In this document: positions 41,480-56,640 of the stretch, piece after piece
Position numbering within the stretch: the first letter of the stretch is position 1
Layout: every line of letters starts with the position of its first letter
NCBI RefSeq assembly: GCF_009914755.1
Contig: NC_060929.1
Length of the DNA stretch: 64,000 nucleotides
Reading direction: 5' to 3' (one strand)
Source of the DNA: the human T2T-CHM13v2.0 reference genome, Homo sapiens
Notes under the pieces: model-generated
The model's input: the letters and a program-made list of their open reading frames with translations, nothing else
The model's database searches: none
What the model was told of the DNA's origin: nothing
Program-made: the position numbers and the translations under genes

Positions 41480-42171
41480 GGACTCCCTGAAGGCTTGGAG
41501 CTTAGATTTTTTTATGGACAATTTGGTGAGCAGGGGCTAGGGAATGAGTGCTACTGGTTGGTTAGGGATGAAATCATAAAGGCATGGAAAACAATCCTCA
41601 TGCACTGAGTCTGCATTTGGGTGGGGCCGCAGGATCAGTTGAGTCATGAGTCAGAAATCCAGGTGGGGTGAATCTGAAAAACATCTCAAAAGAAACCAGT
41701 CTTAGGTTCTAGAAGAGTGATGTTATCTATAGGAGCATACAACCCCTGAGCAATAAGAGATTATAGAAACTACACCTATCTTGCGACCTCTCATTAGTCT
41801 CACAAAGGTGGTTTCAGCACCCAAATAGGGAGGGGATTAGTTTTATGTCTAATTAGTGCTTCACCATTTGACATTAGAGGGCTGAAAACTCTACCCTGGA
41901 TCATATTAACACTTCCATTTTTTGGGCATGGGTCCCACGAAGAGGCATGAAACTCAGTTGCACATGCATGGATTTATACTTTCATAAATATTTGTGGATT
42001 CTCCTGTAGCTTGTCATTCTTGCTTTCAAGTTAAACTATAAATGAAATTCCTCCCAAAGTTAGCTTGGCTTATGACCAGGAATGACCAAGGACAGTTTGG
42101 AGGTCAGAAACAATATGGAACCAACTATGTCAGATTTCTCTTACTGTCATAATTTTGCAAAGTTGGTTTCA
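41480..42171 (-). mobile_element. ERV1 LTR8/LTR26-type LTR, 3'-truncated, containing a foreign insert
   Basis: Minus strand starts TGAAACCAACTTTGCAAAATTATGACAGTAAGAGAAATCTGACAT; homologous to the LTR8 at 59622-60068. Confidence 0.75.
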
Positions 42172-44825
42172 ATCTTAGGAATCCTTTAAAGCTTGTTATT
42201 GTAAGGCCTACACCAGCACTTTCCAGACATAACTGTTCCTATTTCCTCTTTCCTTGGTCTCACTCAAGTAAAAGTGAATTCCTAGGAGAAGGGCCTCCTA
42301 AAATTATCAGGGATGAAAATTAACCTTTTCTTTCTTTTTTTTTTTTTTTAACCAGAAGTTCCAGCCTAGGTATAATGGTTTCATTATGTTTTCTTGACTC
42401 ATGATAGGACCAATAAAAGCTAATAAAACTACCAAAAGTTTGGCAAGACACAACCAAATGGTGTCATTTTCAAGTGACCCATCAGCAAGTCCTCACTAAG
42501 CTGCAGTTTTATTTCATAATCCTTAGTAGGCAAAAGGGAACACAAAGCAGGAAAATATGGTCCCTTTTCCTCAGTGAGCTTATAATCAATTTAAAGAGAA
42601 AAGACACACACGACAGTTGAACGGTGAACTCTAGAACATGATAAATGTATTTGTTAACATCCAGTGATGATGTAATAAAGCACTGAGTTATAATTATCAT
42701 CACAGAATAGAATAGTAAAGAATAAGGGGCCAACTGAGTCCATTTCTAAGAGTTTTCATGGTCTATTTGGCTGTTGTTATGCCTGAGGTCATTAAGGAAG
42801 GCTTTCTGGAAAAGATGGAACTTAAAGTGGGTCTTAAAAGATAAACTGAAGAGATTATGTGCAGAGGATAGCGTTCTTCCCTTGTATTGGCCATGATTCA
42901 CTTAGCTTCCTCCCATATAAGCTTTAGGATACGATGCTATTGCCCTTTATATTAAGAAAGTCACTCAGAAGACCTGAAAGAGCTGGCCACTTTTTGAGAA
43001 GGGAGTTTATCAATGTTGAAGAGTAGAGGGGTATTTGGAACATTTAGCATAAGTGTATAATTCCCAAACATAAAGATTATTCAAGGAAACTGGGATCTTT
43101 TGGGGGCCATTCCTAGCCTTTGAAGTTGATGTTAAAACTTCAAAGTTTATAATTAAATTATTAACTTCAAAGTTAATAGTTTTCTTCCAAAGTTGTAGAA
43201 TCAGAGTTGCCACAGCCACTGCCTACAAGGATGACAACCAATATCTGAATATTGCAGTTGACCATTTATGAAATACCAGGCTGCCCCACTATGGCCCCAA
43301 ACTAGTCTAAGGATAAATTTCCCATGGAAAAACTGGCTTATATTCAAATCATCTAAAAACTAAGAGCTTACCCTTCAAAGTTTTTATTCTATCCACAAAG
43401 ACCCTACATTCCCCAAATTGGATTTTCACAATCTCTGGATGTTCTCAAATTTTATTGTGCTCTTCTGAAATTGGGACCCAGGTTGTGCTCAGAAAGTCTA
43501 CTTCCTTGAGCTGTTCCATGTGACGATCTGAGCTCATGCTAGGGTGGCGTGTTAATGGCTAAGGTGAATGAGATCTGCCTATTGCCAGGCAGTGACCCAG
43601 CTCTTGGGTGATGCCACCACACTTCATTCTTACTCTTCCCATCTTGTGGGAGAATCTCTCTCCTGTTGGATTCTGAATCGATCCTGAACCTCTTGGAGAG
43701 GGGCTTCCCTCTGGAGGGTGTCGGAAGTGAGTCCAGAAATGAAGGCTTCCTTCATTTTCAGAAGGACAACTTGCAAGAAAATCCAAGAGAAAAACAAGTT
43801 TAGAGAAAGATGCATCCTACTCTTGACATCATCCTGAAGTAGATTTGAAACCCAGTTCTTTTAGTAATGAGCTGTATATCCTTAGGTAGCAAATGGCTTT
43901 ACCTCTTTGAGTTTGCTTTCTTTAGGTGTAAAGTGGATTATTGGTTTAAACAAGATCAGTAGAATAATAATCAAATTGTTAGTATCTATGAAGCTTTCTT
44001 TGCATCCCGTATTGCCTGAGGGGCTTCAATCTTGTGATTCTCCTGTGCGTAGACGTATTCTTATTGTAGTCATTTGATAGATAAGGAAACTGTGATTCAG
44101 AAAAGTTAAGCAATTTGCTTAAGGTCACCTGGCTAGTAAAAGGCAGAGTCAGCTTTCCAGTCTGGGCAGTCTAACCCCAGAGGCAGTGCTCTTAAAAGCC
44201 AATACGTCGTGTGCCTGGGATAGAGTGGATACTACACGAATGATAGCAATGAACAATACTTGGGAATAAATGAAGGCTATGGAGAGACTGGTTGGTCATG
44301 GAAATGTGTGAGGTGTTGGTGGGCTTTAGTTTTGGGATACGAGTTGGGCAGGAAGACCACAACCCTCCTGCCTATCCCAGCCAGACACGCTGTTGCCGTG
44401 ACTGGCTCTACCCGCAGTACTGGGTCTGAGTCAAAGGCAGCTTTTTCTAAAGGCTTTGGATCACATGACAGCTTTGTTAGGCTGAGATAAATGCAGGGGC
44501 TTTCTGCAGAGGAATCTGTCAAAGGAAAGTTAGTTTCTGAGGAATTAATTGGAATTCCCTTAATGTTCCCCTGACATAGGCCTGAACACTGTGTTCATCC
44601 CCAGTAGATTATCATTAATCGGGTGAGCAGGGAGACAGAAACAGCCTCTGATAGCTAATTTATTAACTTCTCCAATTTGAAGGAGTGGAGCAGACTGAGG
44701 TGCTTGGATTTATTTTGAGGGATTTGGTGTAGAAAGCTCAGTGGTGAATGGTATTACAACCCTGATCTAAATAGAAGGATTAATGATTTCTCTTGGTCGC
44801 AACAAAAGTTAGAGTGGGAGTGCTC

Positions 44826-45149
44826 TTTTCTAATAGGTTTATCGAAGTATAATTGATACACAAAGAAGTTTACATACTTAATGTGTACAATCTGATGAAT
44901 TTCAAAATATGCAAACACCAGTGATACCATCACCACAATCAAAGTAATAGACATGTCCAACACCTCTAACCAAGGTTTCTTAGTATCCCTTCAGCTTATT
45001 TATGTTTTTATGATGATAAGAAAAGTTAACATGAGATCTACCCTCTTAAAAAATTTTGAAGTGCCCTAAGTTCTATAAATCCGCTATAAAATATAGTGCC
45101 TATAATTAGCAATACAGTATTGTGGACTTCAAAATTTATTAAGAGGATA
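44826..45149 (-). mobile_element. L1MA/L1MB 3' end with inverted 5' piece
   Basis: Antisense 3'UTR at 44830-45064, then a sense-orientation L1 segment at 45068-45149. Confidence 0.7.
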
Positions 45150-46149
45150 TAATTTTTCTGAGATCCATAATTTTTATTACTATTTTTTCTTTCTTAGCTT
45201 TGGGTTTCCATTTCCTTTCACAAATCTCCCATAAGAAAATCTCCTAATTGTGTGTTTGTTCTCTTCCAATTGGTGCACTTTGGGGAGACTGGTTTTCCTG
45301 TAGCCACAAGCCATTGTTTTGTGTAGTTGATGTCACTTCTGACACTTTATACTCTTCTATTTTCTCTTCCATGCCTATTCTACCACTCTTTCTCATTCAA
45401 CGTGGCCTCCAGAGGTTAAGTTGCCTGCGGATGGTTTTGTACTGCCCAGGATTATTATGAGGCTTTGGCACTGGTAGACTTAGATTCAAATGCCAATCTA
45501 GTCAATTTCTAGCTCTGTGGCTCTTAGCAATTTACTTAACATCTCTGAGCATTGGTAAGCGGGGATAATCTTAACTACAGCACAGGGTTGCCCTGAAGAT
45601 TAGATGTGGTCCTGTGTGTTATGTCCAGAGCATAGCAGGTGCTTCCTGCCTGCTTGTTTCTTCTCCACTTTTCTTCACTGGAGAAGAGAATGAAGGACTC
45701 CATGCTAGGTGTGAGTGAGAATCCTGACTGCGACTTAGCATGGGGCTTAAGGAGTGGCACAAGCTAATGCTTTCTAGAGGCTTGCTCTTGGTAGGCATGT
45801 TTCTCTCACTATGCTGGCCTGGAAGAGTTTGCTTGCTTCAGCTCTGGTTAATGGGCCTCAAGCAGTAAGATATTGCATAGAAAAGTCATCAAAACCCTGC
45901 TAGACTAGCTTACCATGCATGATTTTCCGAGATAGAGGTCACTGCTGTCTCTTCCCTTGGCCTCCTTATCCACTCACTTCACTCTGTAGATACCTCTTTA
46001 TTGTCTTTTCATGAGGTCCAAGTGATTTTGGGGTAAATCTTCACCTATGGTCACTTTTGTATCCCTTTGTTCTACTTCCCTTACTCTCACTGAAGGTGAT
46101 AGGCTTGTGTTATGAGTGATGAGTTCTGAAGTCAGACTAGTGGGTTTGA

Positions 46150-46960
46150 TATATGATTTAATTTTGCATATTTTAAAACTTTATATAATTGAAATCATTC
46201 TATATTTATTATTTTACAACTTGCTTTTACAACTTGTAGAATATTATGTTTCTGAGGCTTACACATATTGTGTCTTATATCTTTAATTCCTTTTTTCCCA
46301 CTATATAATATTCCACTGGATAAATATGCCACACATGATCAACTGTATAGTTGATAGACATTTAGGTTGTTTCCAGATTTTCTATTACTATGAGTATTCC
46401 TGCTATAAACATGTATTGAGTGCTGGTGCACATTTGCTAGAATTTCCTAAGAGCAGATATCTAAAGTTGAAGCTTGAAAATTGTTGAGTTATGGGCTACA
46501 CCTATGTTAAAATTTATCACCTAATGCCAAATAATATTTTAAAATGATTATAACAAAATTCACTCCCATTAGTTTGGGTAACTAGTCCATTGCTTTATAT
46601 TCTTGCCACCACTTGATATTGCTGGACTTTTTTTTTCTTTTTTTTGGCCATTCTGATGTATGCGAAATAGTATCTTGGGATTTTAGTTTGCATTTCTCCA
46701 ATTTCTAATGAAGATGAGCATCTTTTCTTATATTTATTAGCCATTTGGATTTTCTCTTCATAAAATGTTCAAGGCTTTTGTCCATTTTACTATTAGATCA
46801 TTTGTCTTTTTCTTATTTATTTGCAGGATATTTTTAATATATTCTGCATATTATTTTTTGCTGTTGTTATTACATTTGTTGCAAATAGCATCTCCACATT
46901 GGTGGCTTGACGTTTACTCTCTTGATGGTGTCTATTGATGGGAAGTTCTCAATTTTAAAG
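46150..46960 (-). mobile_element. Old L1M (L1MC/L1ME-like) ORF2 end and 3'UTR
   Basis: 'gttgatagacatttaggttgtttccag' and 'gtttgcatttctcc...gagcatcttttc...ttattagccatttggattttctc'. Confidence 0.8.
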
Positions 46961-48469
46961 CAGTCTAGTTTATAAGAAGTAGGAAATCTAACTGAAGCTT
47001 AGCGTATTTGAGTGTCTTATGTAAGGCCTTTTTGTAGATGGTAGTTGAGAAAGATTTGAATCCAGATCTGAAAGAAAACATTGATCTCTTTCTACCAGAT
47101 TGCACTGTCTCTACGCAGCAGTGTCTACAAAGGTCAGACATAGAATAGAAGTTCATGAAAGTTTTGTTGGATTGCATTTTCAGGTAATTCAGGGGCACTT
47201 TATTCCCTGCCCCTACCAGAATGATTGTTCAAATAAAATAAGGAGGTTTTATGATAGAATTTAGACACATCCCTTTATACCTTTTTTCATGTCTAACCTC
47301 TTCTTTTTCCCCATGGCAGTAGGATTTTTGTTAAAGCTCTGGTTATATAGCTCATAAAAAACAATTTCACCAAAATTCAGTTAGAATCACTTCTATGTCT
47401 CCATGTTGTGTGTAATCCTGGCTGATAACAACCCAGATAAAGAAAAATCAGGTTGTCTCTCTAAAGGAGCACAAGGAGATTTGGGCATCTGTTCCTTTTA
47501 AACTAAGCATATTTTCAGTGTCATAAAACATTTGATACTGAGCTGGTGAATGAAAACACAAAAGAATTAAGAGTGCAGTGTTTCAGTGAATATCTCCTTA
47601 ATCACAGAGAATGGGACTTCTTAATTTAAATTCTTGATTAGGCATGTTGGGCGCGGACAGCACCACTCTGATCTCATTAGCCCAAGTGATAATGTACACT
47701 AATTATCCCTCTTCCAAAGTCAGGGGCTCATTTATTACCTATATGAATGAACCTTTCTCTCATCCTCAGCATCAGAGTTAAAAATGAACTTGGAAAAGTG
47801 ATGGAGATGCCGGGAAGGAGTAAGTTAAATGGCTTCAGGTTTCAGAGGAAGGAGCAGAGCCAGACAATTTGTGCTAAAGCCAAGCAAGATAATACTGACT
47901 TCTAGGTTTTACCTATGGCTTGAAGTGATGTGCAATCCCTATCATGTTCTTTCTCTCTAGTAAGTTAGTTTCTCCTTGGCCAGTTAACATGAAAATATAA
48001 CACAAATGCTAAAGTCTATGATGCAACTTAACACTTGGGATTTGGGATGATAGTGGTAGAAACATCACTCAACTTGGGGCACCCTGACCTGCTCTACTCC
48101 TGACCTCACCCCCTGGCTCCTGTAGCTCTCTGAGGTTGGAGCCCTGGAGTTTGATGAGCCATTTTAGTAATACTGTGTGGGTGGTTGGGGAGGGGGAGAA
48201 GTGGAACCAGAAAGTATTCCCTATTGCTTCTAAACATGGGGAAACCTGTGAGGCACGTTTGGAGTTCAGCTGAATTCCTTCAGAACACTAGTGTTATGAT
48301 CTTAAAGGAGTGATTTCCAAGTTGGTTTCTAATACTCTCTACCTTCTCTTCATAGACATGGAATCTTAGAGATGTTCTAATTTTATAACAAAGAAAACCA
48401 AAGCTCTTAGGAAAGAAGTTATTTGCCTGGATTGTACTTTCAAAAATGACCTTTTCATCATTTTTAGCA

Positions 48470-49410
<941 letters not shown>

Positions 49411-51319
49411 ATGAGCTGACTGTATGTTGGTAATCAGCAAAAGCAGCAACAATAAAAGCTTGCTATACAGTGCCGGTAAAGATGGGTTCTGCTATCCTGA
49501 GGCCAAGCACTGATAGGCTGTCAAAATTGCAACGCAATTGGAAATCACAGCCCTAAGCACACTAAATGGGTCTAACTCAGTGACTGTTAAAAAACAGCAT
49601 TTCTCACAAAGCAAAATTGTCCCAGCTATTAGATAATATCCTTAGAAGAGTTGTGCTCATAGTAGATAGGAGGCATAATCTGTATCAGACACTATTTCAG
49701 GTTAATGCAATTCCTCTACTGTTTGCAATTTAGAGCCCACCTGGTGACAGAGCTCCAGCACCTATGCGTGAATTCATTGGGTTTACTTTTGCATGCACAC
49801 GCTGGATTGTAGCACTGAGATACACCCTCCCCCATCTCCTTGTTCATCGAGTCACTTTTTTTTTCCTTCTTTTCTTCCTTCCTTGTTTTTTCTCCTCTCT
49901 CTCCTTCCTCTTCCCTTCAGCAAACCTTTACCTAGTCTGTGCCATGCACTGAGCTGGGTGTGGTGGGAAATGAAGCTCTCAATTAGGATTCTTGCTCCAA
50001 GGAGTTAGTTCATAATCTACCGGGAAAGACTACCATGAAGTGCAAATGATAAATTCTGATAAGGAAGGGGGCTTAAGAGCCAGGTGGGATTAAATGGTTT
50101 ACAGGGTAGAGTCTTTGCTCTGCAGTATATTTTCCCTGTGGCCTTGAGAAGGTTACTAAACATCTCTAAGCCTGCTTCTTCATCTGTCATTTGGAAATAA
50201 TAGTGTGTACCTCACAATAGTACTGACATGAAATAAGGCATGTGGTGCCTTTTTCCTTCCCTTCTTTTCTTCCTTCTCCCCTATTTTAAAAATATGAATA
50301 ATTATGATAAAAGGATGTAAAAGTGCTACGGGAGCAGGAATGGGTGAGCTATGTGGGAAGTGTGGGAAGATACACAAACAGATGTTCAAGCAGGGCACTG
50401 GAGGATGAGCAGAACAAATTTTCATGGTAAAGACTGGGGAGGGAGAGGGTCCCAGGTAAAGGGAACATTGCAGGAAGACCCAGAGGCAAGGTACTGAGTC
50501 CTGAGGTTGAGGTGAGGGAGGGAGGGTGCTTGAAGCCTTATCTGTGAACTGGGTGTTATCCTACCCCTTCCCCTTCTTCTGTGGGAGCCCTAGTCCCATG
50601 TTTACTCTTCAATTTATAATGACAATCAGGAAATGCTTTGATATTAGCTCTTTAATGAGAATTGAGGTCATTATTTTTTTGTGTGTGAGCTTTTGCACAT
50701 AAGGCTCATCTGTCATTGTGGAGTGAAAGTTCTTTTTTCCCTCTTAGAGGAGTTTGAGGCTTCCTAGAGCAGGAAGATTTGGCTCTCCCCTTCCTTTTTT
50801 TCCTAGGGAAGAGCCTTTCCTACCCACTGAAATCCCATCTCCTAGCAACTGCCTACAGCACTGCAGGGATGAGCCTGACTCTGCTTTTGAACTTCCAAGG
50901 TCAGGAGAAAGGATATCTTGCAGGCACATCTCTGAGAGACACATGTTTAAGAAAGCCACTAAATCATGGCCCAAGCCAGGCTTTTCATTAAAATGTAGTA
51001 GGGTGAATACTTTACAAGGAGAGGAAGCAGGTAAAAGATGAACAAGGCAGCTGCTGTCACTCACTTAATGCTCTGTTCACATTCAATATCCCACCCATTT
51101 ATCACTCACCATTGGCTATACTTCCTTTCTCCTACTGGAAACTAGTTTTATGGTTGGGATCAGCAAAGCTCCCCTCAAGAAGTCACCACTTGAGGAGTCC
51201 CATCAAGATTTATTCTAAGAGGAGAGAAGACACACTGTTTATTACTTCTCCAGTCAAGGACTAAAAGTCAAGTTGATTGATGCCCGTGATGAAATTGCGA
51301 AGGAAGTACAATGTGTGCT

Positions 51320-51535
51320 GTGGTGGTTGTGAGTGTGGAGTCAGAAAGCCTGGGTTTGAATGTTGGCTCTGCAACTTTCTGTAATCCCTTGGTGCCTCAC
51401 TTTTCTGTCTTCAAAATGAAAATAGTGATAGTAATCCAATCAAGGTCTTGATATGAGGATTAATGGAGTTAATACACAGAGCACTCAGCACAGTGCCTGG
51501 GATGTGGTAAGTGCTCACTACGTGTTAGCTATTTT
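51320..51535 (+). mobile_element. MIR SINE
   Basis: 'ggagtcagaaagcctgggtttgaat...gaggattaatggagttaata...cacagtgcctgg'. Confidence 0.8.
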
Positions 51536-51760
51536 TTTTTTTCTAACTAAAAATGAATGCTGACCTTTGACCAAAATTTAGGGTCTGTAGATCCTTAATT
51601 GGGGCTTGGAAGCAGTTGCTGGGAACGCACAACTATCTATTATTTGTAAGAAAGGCAGTAATGTGGTAGGCAAGCCAAACAGTGCCAAATGTGACTCTTA
51701 ACTTTTTCAGCTCATTCAGTCAACACATTTCTATCAGGTGTCCACTACATACTGGTCACT

Positions 51761-52139
51761 TGCTATGGTCTGAATGTTATTTTCCCCACCCCCTCCCCAA
51801 TTCATACGTTGGAACTTAATACCCGATGTGATGGTTTCAAGAGGTGGGCTTTTGGGAAGTGACTAAGTCATAAGGGCTCAACCCTTATGAATGAGATTAA
51901 AAATACCCTTGTAAAAGAGGCTTGGATGAGCTCCCTCACCCCTCTTTTCTGCCATGTGAGGACACAGCAACAAGGCACCATCTTTGAAGCAGAGAGCGAG
52001 CCCTCACCAGACACTGAATCTGCTGGCACTTTGACCCTGGACTTCCCAACCTCCAGAACTGTGAAGTGTAAATTTCTGTTGTTCATAAATTACCCAGTCT
52101 AAAGAATTTTTTAAATAACAGTCTGAATGGACTAAGACA
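51761..52139 (+). mobile_element. ERVL-MaLR solo LTR, MLT1A-like
   Basis: tgctatggtctgaatgtt...ggactaagaca; exact 5-bp TSD tcact at 51756-51760 and 52140-52144. Confidence 0.9.
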
Positions 52140-52986
52140 TCACTCATCTAGATGCTGAAGTGGTGAACCACTGACAAGGCCCTCTTGCCATGTGCTGGCT
52201 ATGTAAGCTTGGATGTTATTTACCCTCTCCGAGCTATACCTTCCACATCTGTGAAATGGAACTGCTAATAATAGTTGCTTCATAAGGTGATAGCTATTGT
52301 TGGTAGTTACCCATTACTTGTAAAATTGGGTAGGGATAGATCTCATATCACTCCAGCTGAATATAGGAGCAAACACACTATAACTACATATAGGAACAAA
52401 TGCATTAACTAGGTCATGGGGGTAGAGGATATTTTTCATCCTGGTATTTAGGCTTTCATGAACCAACTTATTCTCTGACTGTAAGCTAACATACCTTATT
52501 CATTAATTACTTGGCATAGTTAGCCTCTTGACCCTGAAAAGCACCAGGATCTCTCTGAGTCACCATGTCGCCCAAACTCCTTTGTCAATTATGACTTTGA
52601 AAACTTTTCTGATGCTAGAGAGATTTTATTTTGCAAATACTGCAATAACTTGAGGTTTGGTCTAGGGTCCCAGGAAAAGAAATAAGCCATAACTTTGTCC
52701 TGTACTTTCTCCACCTATTCTAGTTGTTTTATGAGTCCTTACTCTAATTTGTTGGCTTTTTTCCCCTGCTTCTGTGCTCTCTTGACAATTTGCTTGCACC
52801 TTTTCTAGAATGCTCACTCCATCTTGTCCTTGATTATAGTTACCTGCTTACTACATCTGTATATATATTTGTTGCCTCACTACTTATAACATTTATAACA
52901 TACATGAATACATAAATTCATATTTATTGAGGATTCACTGTGCCTGGGACACTGTGCAATGTGCTTTAGATACATTATCTTCTATT

Positions 52987-53399
52987 ATTATTATTTTTTA
53001 TATTCTCCAATTTAAAACTTTTAATTAAAAAGCAAACTTTAATGTCGAAAATGCAAACTTGGGGAGGGCAGAAAGATCACACACAAGGCTGTCACTTCAC
53101 ACTTGGAGGGTTGCACAGTGGCCAGGCAGAGGCGCTCCTCAGTTCCCAGATGGTGCGGAGGCTGAGCCAGAGGTGCTCCTTACTTCTGAGATGGTGGGGT
53201 GGCCAGGGAGAGTCGGTTCTCACTTCCCAGGCAGTGGGGCGGGCAGGCAGAGGCACTCCTCACTTTCCAGATGATGCGGGGGCTGGCCAGAGGTGCTCCT
53301 CACTTCCCAGATGGTGCAATGGCTGGGCAGAGGTGCTCCTCACTTCCCAGACAGGGCAGTGGCCAGGGAGAGGTGGTTCTCACTTCCCAGACGGTGGGG
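52987..53399 (-). mobile_element. SVA2-type VNTR retroposon
   Basis: Seven ~40-bp SVA-type VNTR units (agaggtgctcctcacttcccaga...) at 53128-53399, a unique 3' segment (minus: TGTGCAACCCTCCAAGTGTGAAGTGACAGCCTTGTGTGTGATC...), an A-rich tail, and TSD cattatcttctatt at 52973-52986 and 53400-53413. No SINE-R and no Alu-like domain. Confidence 0.85.
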
Positions 53400-53466
53400 C
53401 ATTATCTTCTATTGTTATCATCCCCATTTTACAGATGAGGAAATGGAGACTTAGAAACATTAACTA

Positions 53467-54887
<1,421 letters not shown>

Positions 54888-55975
54888 AGAGACATGAAGT
54901 AACTTGGCTAAACTTATGAAACTAGTGGGGGTAGAGTCAGTAAGGAATGCAAAACCTGTTCCCTTAATGGCTAAACTTTTCTATACTATGAACCCAGGGA
55001 TGAGGACAATTGTTGTACAATTTTGGTGTCCTCCAAAGCTTTGAGCACAGAGTTTTGTGGAGTTTAGAAACCCAATAAAATCTGCTAAATCAAGTTGCTT
55101 TCAAGCCCTAGTCCTATTCCAAATTTGGGGCATAGTTCTCTCATACATTTGACTATGTAATGAGAAACATTGTTTTGGGGCTGGCTATAAGATTTTCCAT
55201 AAGCTTTTAAATGCCTCTTCTACATGCCAATCTTCATAATGTTTTGGATTATGATATTGTCACTGTTTTTGACTAGCCCAATCCTGTTTCTTATTCTATG
55301 GGGAAGGCCAAGTGTTCATGGTTTGAGCTTTATTGGCCAAGAGATCTCAGGTCCAGTTGTTCTAGACTTTGGATGTAAGTGCATTTTTGCAAAAGCTAGT
55401 GGTCATGCTTACAGGAATAAGAAGATACATTTTTTAAAATAAGGACTAATGATACAGAATCAGAATATTGAAAGTGGGAAGAACTAGTAAACTCTTAGGA
55501 TCATTGGGATCATCCAATCCCCTTGGTGTTCAGATACAAAAATGAAGGCTCAGAGAAGAAAATGGAGTTTTCTGAAGTCTGTGAAAGGGTTGCAATTCAC
55601 ATTAGGTGGGTCTTAATAATCAAGATTCCTTCTGATACACCAGGCTGATGCTTTATGGATTGCATTCATAACAATTGAGAATCATTATTATTCATATCCT
55701 GGATTCATTGCAGATTAGAAAAAGAGAAAAGGATAAAAAAAAAAAAGAGTACTCCCAGCCTTTCTCTTTTCTGTATACCTTTTATTTTTTTAAAGGACAA
55801 ATTATGTTCATCTCTACTCAAGTATATGATAGACTGCAAATCTCCTCTATTCAACCAACAATGTCTTCATGGCAAGGAACAACACACTAAAAGCTTTTAT
55901 CTATTTTTTCAAATGAGGAAAAATTTTTCTTTTGGTTCTGTGGATTTCATAGAAGTTTGTGGGAAGGGCTCTGAA

Positions 55976-56272
55976 TTTTTTTTTTCTTTTAGACGGAGTG
56001 TTGCTCTGTCACCTAGGTTGGAGTACAGTGGCTTGATCTAGGCTCACTGCAACCTCTGCCCCTGGGTTCACGTGATTCCGATGCTTCAGCCTCCTTAGTA
56101 GGTGGGATTACAGGTGTGTGCCACCACACTAGGTTAATTTTTGTATATTTTTGGTAAAGATAGGGTTTTGCCATGATGGCCAGGCTGATCTCGAACTCCT
56201 GACCCCAAGTTATCTGCCCACCTTGGGCTCCCAAAGTGCTGGGATTATAGGGGTGAGCCACCATGCCCAGCC
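55976..56272 (-). mobile_element. Alu, AluS-like
   Basis: Antisense dimer; TSD core tctgaattt. Confidence 0.93.
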
Positions 56273-56595
56273 AAGGAGTCTGAATTTAAGATGGAGTCTT
56301 TTCTGAAAATTTCACTTATGTGTCTTTGGAATTTCATACATGTGAGTAGGTTTTGTTTCTTTTTTGCCAGATTTTAGTCATGCTTCTGGTTTCCATGTGA
56401 AACTCTCGCCTAACTGCCCTGCTAGCAGGAGAGTACTGAGCTAGAAGTCAGAAATCCTCACTCTGCTGCTGTCCAGTGGGGTAATTTCTCCGCATCATTT
56501 CACCTCCTCATTCTGGAAAGGGTGAACTGGGTTAAGCCTAAGAACTCTTCTGACTCTAAACTTACTAACGTTCACCAATACTTCTAGAAGATAAC

Positions 56596-56598
<3 letters not shown>

Positions 56599-56633
<35 letters not shown>

Positions 56634-56640
56634 AGAGAGA
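56599..56640. repeat. A32 homopolymer followed by (GA)5
   Basis: Read directly. Confidence 0.95.

Noticed and set aside
47655-47666. REST/RE1 right half-site ggacagcacc
   Set aside because: The left half TTCAGCACC is absent, so it is not a canonical RE1.
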